Both the position numbers and the translations under genes were made by a program. A stretch of DNA of 61,434 bases, filler included, from Platydemus manokwari (taxonomy: Eukaryota), in NCBI GenBank assembly GCA_037951405.1. It is 5 parts of 5 records of this genome, joined end to end, with 100 filler letters (N's around TTAATTAATTAA, not from the genome) between each part and the next. Parts side by side here need not be neighbours in the genome. Positions count along the whole stretch, not along the records: positions 51,970 to 61,434 come from JBBMOY011245986.1; 4 more parts are not named here. One strand, given 5' to 3'. Each line of letters starts with the position of its first letter. The stretch's first letter is position 1. The notes beneath the pieces were generated by a model. That model saw only the letters and a list, made by a program, of their open reading frames with translations, was not told the DNA's origin and ran no database searches. This document shows, piece by piece, positions 51,870-61,434 of this stretch.

Positions 51870-51969
51870 NNNNNNNNNNNNNNNNNNNNNNNNNNNNNNN
51901 NNNNNNNNNNNNNTTAATTAATTAANNNNNNNNNNNNNNNNNNNNNNNNNNNNNNNNNNNNNNNNNNNN
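51870..51969. other. Artificial contig linker
   Basis: N44-TTAATTAATTAA-N44. Confidence 0.97.
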
Positions 51970-52286
51970 ATGATCAATATTTTTTATTTTTATAGTCATA
52001 CTATTCAATAGTATGAGTCATATTATTTGGCGATATCCGTTAGTTAAAATATTTCAATTTTCCTAAATAAATATTTTTTCAAATTACTAATATGTTAGAT
52101 TAAAAATTTAAAATTAAAATTATTTAATCAATTAATAATTGAAAATATAATTTGGAAACAAAATTAGATCCTAATAAAATTAAATATTTTGACATTAATT
52201 TAATAATACATTAATTAAATTATATCATTTCATATTCATTGTTTTACTAAATTATATCTATGATGTGTACTACGCATTTTTTAAAA

Positions 52287-54291
52287 ATGAAAATCTTCTT
52301 TCTACTTTGTTTGTTGGCTACATTGAAATTTAGTGAGCAAACTGTTAATAAAAAAGTTGTGAGAACTATTGATATATCATCACACCTCGTAAAAATTAGT
52401 TCTGTTATTACTGTGAAGCCTGATGAAGAAGATTATGTTGTTATAATCAATTCTGGATTTGGTGACCAGTTGTCATTTATAGGAACAACTGTTTGTTTGT
52501 TTAATTTAATAGAAGTTATGTTAAATATTATTTAGAGTCGATCTGGAGACGATGAAAAAGAGTTCCTTGTCACTGAAACTCAAGATAGTACTTTAAGGTT
52601 ATTTATTATTTCTATTAAACATATTTAATTATTTTTAGTCAGCGAAAATTTAATGTTCACCTCGGAAAACAAAACATTGGCAGGTCATTAACATTTAATT
52701 TGAAAACAATATATACCCATAAATTGGTTCCTTTCCCGTCCGAAATTAAGCAATCTGAGAAACAATTTATTAAATACACTGATAACTTATATTTCTATTC
52801 ACCCTACGTAACGGAACAGCAGGAAACTCAAGTGATAACGACTACTCCAAACATAATATCTTATTCACAAAATACCAAGCCAGTATCTAAACAAGAAAAT
52901 AAAATCAATTATGGTATTTATCGAGACCGACCTGCTTTTTCTAAAGAAGAATTAAGTGTCCATTATGAAAACAATTCTCCGTTTTTGACGGTTACATCAT
53001 TAAATCGACATATTGAAATTTCTCACTGGGGTAATATCGCAATTGAAGAAACGATTGATCTTTATCATAGTGGTGCCAAATTGAAGGGTCCATTTTCGAG
53101 ATACGATTATCAGAGAATGCAAGATGGAATATCTTCTATCAAAAGTTTTACCACCGTCCTTCATTCTGCCGCTAGAGATGTTTATTATCGTGATGAAATA
53201 GGAAACATTAGTACTAGCCATTTGAAAGAATTATCTGACTCAGTAGAGGTAGAATTGAGACCTAGATTTCCATTGTTTGGTGGCTGGAAAACTCACTATG
53301 TTTTGGGATATAATGTACCAAGCTTCGAATTTCTCTTTTCTAAAGACAACCGTTTTGCTATGAAAATGCGATTTGTTGATCATATATATGATGATCAAGT
53401 GATTGATCATGCCACCGTTAAAGTAGTGTTACCAGAAGGAGTCAAGGATATCAATGTTAAGGTTCCATATCCGGTCAGGGAAGGTCCACGTGAGGTTTTA
53501 CAAACATATTTAGACACAACTGGTCGAACGGTTTTGGTTCTTACTAAAGCTAATTTGGTGGAAAATCATATCCAAGATTTTGAGGTACGCCTTTCAATGC
53601 GATAATTTTTATTTAACGTCAGAGTTTAAATTTTTTATATAAATTAAACATTTATAAAATAATTAATAAATTCTTTATTTTCAGGTCCACTATTCTCTTA
53701 ATATGATGTTAATGGCTCGAGAACCTTTAATGGTTATTGTTGCATTTTATCTTTTATTCCTATTAGTTATCATTTGTGTAAGACTGGATTTTTCAATAAC
53801 CAAGGTATACATATTAATGATGATTCCATAAAAACCTTATATATTGATTTGATACAATCTAGGATGAAGCTGTTGAAAGTAAAATGCGTATAGCGGGTTT
53901 AGTTGAAGAATTGCAAACCACTCATGATAAAAGATGTGCCGTTTATCAATCATATGATGATGCCATCAACAAATTTAAATCGAGCAAAGATAATGAGAAG
54001 TTTCAAAAGGATAAAAAGAAAATCGATTCCGATCATAAGAAATTGACGCAATTGGTGTCGACAATTCAGAATAAATTACGCGTTGATTCATTGGAATCGG
54101 CAGAAAAGGTGAAAGAATTGCAGAATTTAGACACGTCATTGAAAGAATCGATTTCTCAAAGCATTCAATTGGCAGAGAAAATTGTGACGGGTAAATTACA
54201 AAAAGCCCAATATATGGAATTCGAAACCAAGCATGTTGCTCGAAGAGCTGAGATCATGCAAAAAATGGAAGCACTTGTGACAACGCTGTAA
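52287..54291 (+). CDS. RPN1: Oligosaccharyltransferase subunit ribophorin I
   Basis: Exons 52287-52490, 52536-52597, 52639-53584, 53685-53804 and 53863-54291. Signal peptide, [68 protein letters not shown], a TM helix ([13 protein letters not shown]...RLDFSI) and a coiled-coil tail. Confidence 0.97.
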
Positions 54292-54428
54292 TTTGTAGAT
54301 TTGTAGAAATTTTAGTTTTCATGTTACAATTATTTACTAATTGTTTTAAATAAATATTGGTTCATTTTTGGCTTGTGAATTATTGAATTAATTGATCAAA
54401 TAATAATCACCAATGTTATGCTCGATAT

Positions 54429-54520
54429 CAGGGGTGGCCAACCGGTCGATTTTGAAGCCAATTTCAGATGTTATTCAAATGAAAAGTCGATCTTACGTAC
54501 ACAAAAGTTGGCCACCTCTG
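54429..54520 (+). mobile_element. 92-bp hAT MITE (copy 1)
   Basis: TIRs CAGGGGTGGCCAAC and GTTGGCCACCTCTG; 8-bp TSD CTCGATAT / CTCTATAT (1 mismatch). Confidence 0.92.
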
Positions 54521-55339
54521 CTCTATATAATTTGTAAATTTGCATTTATGATTAAAACTTGAACAATTGGTTTTTAAATAATTTTCATGTTGAATGTCGG
54601 TGTATTGCAATTATTCTATATTTTGAAAGATTATTATAAACATGTCTTTGCATGAATTTTGATAAAATATCAAACCAATTATTGACTGAAACAGTTTGTG
54701 AGAATACAAATGTAATACAAAAGGTTTATTAAGATGCCAATGGCTTTTGTTTTTGTTGCTAATGATGTTACTTTGTATTCTTCAATAATATTCTTCATAA
54801 TTGTTATTAATTTGCTTTAGTTTCACAGTAAGCTAAGTATCCGATGAAAAGTATTTTCGATTTGTGATAAATGAATTGCAATATGAGCAAATAGTAAAAA
54901 TATTTAAATATTAACTTCGTGTTATACTGTAGGAATTCAAAAATAATTTTATCATTAAAATTTTTGAAAAAAATTATCAAAAAAATAGAGAAAATATCTT
55001 CCTTGTTTTAATTTCTTTAGAATACTCATTAATAAAGACTTATAATATATAAGATATAAGCCTTTGTAATTTTTGTAATGTTTTTTGAATCAAATTTTGT
55101 GAATTTATTGTAATTCTCGGAATATAGAATTGGAGGTATTAAAAAATTAAAAAACGGCATTTGAAGTTCCAGCTGAATTATCCAAGGAAATGACAAAATT
55201 CAATACTTGAAGTGACATTTAAATGTCATAAAAGATCGGAATTTAAAAGCCAATATAGCTAATTTCGACTAGTAATGTGCCATAAATAATACACAGTGCG
55301 ACTGATAGTATGAATGCGACCAATAAAGCCAGAAAACAC

Positions 55340-55560
55340 AGAAAAGAACAAATTAATTGAAAGTAGAAAAATGTTTGGATTTTCAAATGGGTGATTTCAA
55401 TTTTAATTACAAACATCTTATCACTGTAATTATGAAATTACGTGCTAATAAATCATCGCCCACAAAGGAGTTGATTAGTTGTTCCGAACTACAGGTGGAA
55501 ACTGATGTAAATAAGTTATTCACATCATTCGATAAATAACTTCACCAACCGCTTGTTTTG
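55340..55560 (+). mobile_element. Possible LINE AP-endonuclease remnant
   Basis: MGDFNFNY (the APE GDFN motif) with a downstream SPT-like motif; otherwise degraded. Confidence 0.3.
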
Positions 55561-56434
55561 TTGGGTTTAAGGAGTTACCATATGTCAATATTTTTCTACA
55601 ATAATTCTTTAGGGTACGACACCTTTAACCTTAAAATTACTAATTTAACATTCAAATTATATTTGTATTATTGTATAATTGTTATATAAATATGTGTGTG
55701 CATGCTTACTTAATTATTGTTGTATTAATAAAATTATTTGCTCTCAGTTCATGCTAATGCATGCAAACAACCTACAATTTGAAAGTACTCAAATTGTTGG
55801 TGGGCACAACGCCATAATCTAATTCAACATTGCATTAGAAAAGACTCGCGACCAACACAAGGAAAACCCTACCCATATTTTCTGAAGTCGACGAGTGACT
55901 TGGGTATTAATCTCGCTATATCCAGATAAATTACAGAAGTGTACAAATAATATTTTTTTGAAAAATATGAAGAATTTATTAATTTTAGATTTATTGTATG
56001 TAAAACTGAAATCGATTAATATCATCTCATAAGTTCTAAGAAAAACATTGACAAAAACAAAATAACTTCACTACAAGCAAAAATAAATTTGGAAACTGAT
56101 AAAAATGTCTTAAAATGAAACATAAACAATGTTTCATTTAAACGCTCCTATAATTGCATTTTGTCATTAATGTATGTCAAACGACATTTTCTCCATCAAT
56201 ACAACCAATCAAATTTAACTGCTTTTGTTAAAGTGATATTACAAATTTTCAAAACCAATTTTCTGAAATAGTTCAACAATATTAAATATGGTGATCAACA
56301 GTAAATTGACAATAAATTACAACCGAGACCAACTGTCCATCTGGGTCTGGGAAAAATCATTCCAAATCAAATAACTGGGAGATTCACAACTCAGCATGAT
56401 TTCAATTTTTTCACTTCACCCCCCCCCCTTATGG

Positions 56435-56539
56435 CAGGGGTGGCCAACCGGTCGATCTTGAAGCCAATTTAAGTTTATCGAGTGAGATGTTATTCAAATG
56501 AAAAGTCGACCTTACGTACACAAAAGTTGGCTACCTCTG
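56435..56539 (+). mobile_element. 105-bp hAT MITE (copy 2)
   Basis: Same family as 54429-54520 with a ~13-bp internal indel; TSD CCTTATGG / CCCTATGG (1 mismatch). Confidence 0.92.
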
Positions 56540-56647
56540 CCCTATGGTAAGCACAGAGAAGAATAAAACAAATAATAGCAGAGAATCACTCATATTCACA
56601 AACGAAAAACAACACAAAACATATCAATATCGTATTTATTTATAAAA

Positions 56648-57905
56648 TCACAATTTTCGGAATTTGCCCGTCAACCAAACGCGATACATTTTCGATTGTT
56701 TAGCTCGATTAACAATCAATCTTCTATCGGTATAAAGTTGAACCTTTTCCATTTTCATGTCCGGCAATCCAGTGAAAATCTTCTCAACATCATCTGTGAA
56801 TGAGATCGAAATTCATCAATAAAAGACAACAAAATCAATAAACCCTCCGTAAAAAAGTAAACCATTGTTCCATCTCCACGAATATAACAATTATCGTCCA
56901 AACATTGGCCTGGAAAAGTAATCAAATCATTTTCTCCTTACTCATCAATAAAATCGAATCAATCACATACCATTTTTGAATCTCATCTGAGCCAAATCAC
57001 ATCGACCGTAATCGCGAAACAAAAAATAACCACCGGGTTTGAGAAATTTACTAAGCCGATAAATAACATCGTTCATTCTGATCGATTATCAAATTGGCAA
57101 CATAATGGAAATGTAAAATGAACTACTTCGATGGAGTGATGGCTGATAAGACAAAAATAAGCGTTATGATGTCGAGACTTTGTTCAGCGAATGGGTAAAT
57201 GTGATTGACATCGGTGACATCAGCCACAAAAGCATGGGTTGAATTGACTTCATCATACAATTCATGTGTCTGTCAATGAGTAAAAATGATTCTTCCAAAA
57301 ACAAATACCTTTAAAATATCAATAGCATGGCTAGATAAATCACATCCATATATGAAAACATTTTTTGTCCTAGAAATGTTTATTTGTCAAAAAAAATTTA
57401 ACATAGATTTATTTATATAAATGATGAAAATCACATGATTTTATTTACCCATTTTCTTTGATTAAGGGAAAAATTGAATTGCCTACTCCACATCCAACTT
57501 CAAAAATTTTCAGCTTAGAATCATCATTATTGTTTATCAATTCTGGATATTCAGTGGTCAACCAATGACGATCTTTGAAAAAATTATTTTCATGTTTCTG
57601 ATAGAAGTTATTCCAAAAATGTCCAGCTTCGTTTATGTGGTGATCTGAAAATTTGTTCTTTAACAAATCTCAATAATAGTTTTTAATGAAACTTTTCTTT
57701 TCTTCCGGTACTTTGATTTCAGAATTATCTTTAATTTTTTGATGTATTTCCATTTCAATGTCAGGAGTCCAATTCACATTATCCCTTGAAATTTATTAAT
57801 TTAATCTAAAGAAAATTACTGGCTAACTAACCAAGCATTCTCAGAAAAGACGTTATCATCATCTTTCAAGAAACGAGTTCCAAATTGAGATCTTTTATTT
57901 ATCAT
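56648..57905 (-). CDS. METTL2: tRNA N3-methylcytidine methyltransferase, METTL2/Trm140 family
   Basis: Eight exons: 57905-57832, 57784-57693, 57644-57449, 57369-57309, 57269-57127, 57077-56971, 56909-56844 and 56793-56648. Motifs [55 protein letters not shown] and DRRLIVNR. Confidence 0.94.
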
Positions 57906-59137
57906 TTTACCTTGAAATTAATTTGATATTTATTATTTAAACAAACTTCATTACATTAGATTAAAATAATTCTTGATAATACAAATTGAGAACTTGTTTC
58001 TCATTGAATGCTTTAGCTTTAATTTCATCTATTGTATGTGCCTACGTGGAAACGTTCACGGTGAAATTTAATAGTTCAATTGAACCACCATCGTGTATCT
58101 GTTTTTGACATGTTTAATAGTATTTTATTTACTTAATGTTTCAGTAAATTTAAATTAGAGGTTTATAAAATGTAATCCAATGGAAGTATCGGAAATACCC
58201 CGTAGTTTAGATATAAGCTTTTACAAAATGAAAATTTTGGAAAGTTCTAAGGTTAATCTAAAATATTATTTTAATGTTTAAATTTAAAATAAATTATTAT
58301 ATTTAAATGATTGAAAATATCAGCTTTTACAAAATATTGTTAGTTAAACCGATTTCAAATTTTAGTTCTCATTTTAAATTTACTTGGCAATATAAAAATA
58401 AGCATAAATGCCTCTCAAAGAAAATTTTAATCTGCAAAAATTTAATCAAAAGTCACCAAAGAATAGGCATTATAGCATTCCATTTTATCTAATTTTAAAT
58501 TAGTATTTTCCAGGATTTTAACATTTAAAATAAACTTTTAATTTTTGAAAGATACTTCTCAAAATTTCGAGTAAAAAGGCTTTTATATCTTTATTTATAA
58601 ACTGTCAATCAATCTATCCATTTTATTTAAACCGGACACTGTCATATTGCACTAATTACTGTCGGTGTTGTATTGGCAATAATATCTTCAGGCCACATTA
58701 GTTTTTAAGATTAGTAATTTTATGCATTTTATTTTAAATTGTTGTTTATGATATTACTAATTAATATTTGTTCATTGAAAGTGTTGAGGTTGTGATTAGT
58801 AAATATATAATAGATTAATATGTAGAGGATGTGACAAATTTATCAAAAAACACTTACTAAAAATAATAACATAAGACACATAAAGGACAACTAATAAAGT
58901 TATGATAATCTTTTTTATCATTAGGCCTTTTGAAATTTTTTACTAATCTGGACTTAAACAGATAAAGGTGTTGCTGCAATTTACTCATCGGGTGTTATTA
59001 AATGATATTTTAAACACAAATACTGATTATAAAAATCCAATAGAAAACTATAAAATATATTTGATTAATTGAAATTATTTTACAACACTTGCAAATAATG
59101 TACAATTTAAAGATGTACAATTACAAGATGAAACGTA

Positions 59138-59830
59138 TAGGGCGTAACGCTTATTTACTCAGCCTCTCTGCAAAAAGTGAAAGTGGGAAACCCAAGATTG
59201 AGTCGCTTATGATATTTTAAAAGACGATAAGACTAGAAATAGTCGTGATTCTGCAGTTAATTATTACGAAAGCAATAAAATATTTAGTCATTTGCATAAA
59301 ATATCTTCTTAATAATTTGCCTTGAATAATAAAGAAAATTCACACTGTAAACGAATAAGGAAATAATAAAATTCGTTCAAATAAATGTAGTTCAAAATTT
59401 TTATGTTTGAAATCCTTGTCATAATCTTTGTGAGTGAAATGTTTTGTTAGAAAAATTGCGCCTGCATCATTGTGTGGAAAGTGATTAATGGCATTTGTTA
59501 CTTTTCTACTTTATTTCATGTTTTTTGTTTTATTTTTTATTTGTAAAAATATTCCATGCATGGTATTATCTGTTACTATGTTAACTGTCTATTTGAGCTA
59601 TTATTTTTAGTCAACGTAGATATTTTTAGTAACTTTTTTGTAATTCTGTTTTTAGACATGGTGTGACTTTTATGTTTAGATTTCGGTTGAAATTTTCCTG
59701 ATCATGAAGTCAGAGAAATAATTGATGCGATTAAACAAATTAAAACATTTTATGTATGTTTTATGTTGAAAAATTTAATTTTTATTTTATTTCCAAATTT
59801 TTTATACTTAAAGTTTAGTAACTCCAAAAT
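59138..59830 (+). repeat. Diverged ~700-bp interspersed repeat (copy 2)
   Basis: Colinear with 34851-35530; boundaries approximate. Confidence 0.55.
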
Positions 59831-60003
59831 ACAAAAAAAATTCCTTAGTTTTTAAATACGAATTCTTTTATTTATAATTATTTAATAAGTTCTTAGTAGC
59901 AATAGATTAAAATTAAAATTAAATTAGGTATATCAATTGATAACTAATAATTATAACTTTAAATCAATCAATATTCTCGGTTTCTAAAAATATTCTCATT
60001 TAA

Positions 60004-60310
60004 ATGGCAGAACAAGGAGTTGCATTACATACCTATAATAATGAATTAGTAAAATGTTATTATTCATTTATCATTGACTTTTTAATAAAATTACGTGATT
60101 TCTCTCACAGGCTTTCAAGAGCTCTGCCAGAAACGCGAAGAAATGGAAAAGTTAATTCACTTAGACGAAGTTGAAAGGAGTGAACTGGAAAAACAAATCA
60201 AAATTTTATCCGAAAAAGTATCACAGCTGAATGATTGTTTGCATAAGAAATTTATGGCCAAGAATAATTACGACAAAACTATTGCAGAATGCGAAGCGGC
60301 TTATATGAAG
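60004..60310 (+). CDS. SSNA1: SSNA1/NA14 (DIP13) microtubule nucleation factor, first two exons
   Basis: Exons 60004-60055 and 60111-60310 give [29 protein letters not shown]...YDKTIAECEAAYMK. The final ILESSQ-type exon is not seen in the window. Confidence 0.92.
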
Positions 60311-61140
60311 GTTTATTTCACATTGAATTTATATAAAATTCAGATTATTTTACATTCAATTGTCGAATTGGAACTTATGAACATATAAACATACACTTTA
60401 TTAAGCATTCATGTATTTGGAAGAAAAATTAATTTCCTTTACTAGGAAATTTCTTTTCAAAACTGGGAAAAAATAATATTTGATAAAAAATAATCTTATT
60501 TTATTTCTTCAGATATCTGAATGAAATATTAATGAAATATTGTTTCAGAATAGCACAATTTTCGACGAATTTTATATTTTTTATTATATTAAAATCATAA
60601 TTGCACAATTTTTATTTAATTATAAAATTATAAAAATAATTATAATAAAGAAAAAATTATAAAAAAAATCAAACTGATAACACAAACATATTTTCATCTT
60701 CTTAATTACAAATATAAATTATTATTTTTTATAACATTTTTGATTTTTGAATATAAATCGATATTACTAATGAAAATTATTTAAAAATATGCCATTTAAC
60801 AAAATTAATTTAGTAAATCGTCTTCTGCATTTCTGTTTCTGCAATTAATCAACTAAATAAATACCAAAACTCCTTCGTTAACTAATATGAAATGATTTTG
60901 CCCCTACATTTCTATTAACGGGAATATTAATTGTACTGCTATTCAACGCTAATAGAAAACAATAACGAAATAACTGGTATGTAGTTAAAATATAATCATA
61001 CACTAATATTATTTATTTAAGTAAAAATATACAAATTATAAAGCTGTGGAACAAGTGATTGTAATCTAGAAGATAATCTATAATTTCTAATTTCTATAAT
61101 TCATTATGACTATTAATGGCTGCTGTGAAAATTTTAAAAT

Positions 61141-61434
61141 TGAATTTTCAAAGATTTAGTTAAGATTTTATATAAAATTATCTTAATTTATTTATATAAT
61201 CGTATTAAAATATATAATATGGTGTTGTGACTTTCAGGTAGTTTCATAAAACCGTAACGACTTAAATATCGACTGCGTGTCTGGATTCGATTCTGACAAG
61301 ATCAATGATTGAAAATTATAGAAGATAATGAAAGAATATTTGGAGAATATGTAGAGGATATAAAAAGAAGATATAAAGAAGACGTATAGAAGATATAAAA
61401 GAGATATAAGAAAGATAGAAGGAAGACAGAAGAG
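61141..61434 (+). repeat. Partial-tandem interspersed element, copy C (runs off the window)
   Basis: TGGTGTTGTGACTTTCAG at 61220, CTGGATTCGATTCTGACAAGATCAATGATTGAAAATTATAGAAG and a purine-rich tract align with copy A. Confidence 0.75.

Noticed and set aside
1433-58492. Most short ORF-track calls (F/I/L/N/K-rich, antisense to real exons, or spanning N runs)
   Set aside because: They are expected by chance in AT-rich DNA or are shadow frames of real genes, with no motifs or splice support.
60493-60504. SSNA1 last exon at TTCTTCAG|ATATCTGAATGA
   Set aside because: It gives ISE* rather than the conserved ILESSQ.L tail; the true exon is probably outside the window.
61290-61325. Hammerhead-ribozyme-like core CTGACAA-GATC-AAT-GATT-GAAA in the partial-tandem element
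   Set aside because: All three copies have A at the essential G8 position (CTGAGAA or CTGACAA, not CUGANGA), and I cannot form stems I and III or a cleavage triplet.

Overview
This is a very AT-rich eukaryotic (invertebrate animal-like) draft-assembly window, not prokaryotic DNA. It contains five segments joined by an artificial 100-nt linker (N44-TTAATTAATTAA-N44) at 11085, 22566, 32881 and 51870, so adjacency across linkers is unreliable. I reconstructed ten intron-containing genes by hand; most introns are about 40-65 nt. The genes encode a multi-C2H2 zinc-finger/AT-hook protein, SLC30A5/ZnT5 (5' part), ACP7-type purple acid phosphatase (5' part), a PP2A B56 subunit (5' part, with a GC-AG intron), a C8orf82/UPF0598 homolog, middle exons of a GRTP1-like TBC RabGAP, a Pim kinase, ribophorin I (RPN1), a METTL2-type tRNA m3C methyltransferase and SSNA1 (5' part). 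There is also one orphan coiled-coil ORF. The rest is dense with small non-autonomous DNA transposons (hAT with 8-bp TSDs, piggyBac with TTAA TSD, a TG..CA foldback with 5-bp TSD, two other MITE families) and decayed LINE/piggyBac remnants. I found no demonstrable new biological system. The best candidate is a three-copy ~300-340-bp partial-tandem element carrying a motif complementary to the tRNA-His 3' end plus a T-loop/B-box-like motif. A marked +3T splice-donor bias and acceptor-like sites just upstream of several start codons are also worth checking.
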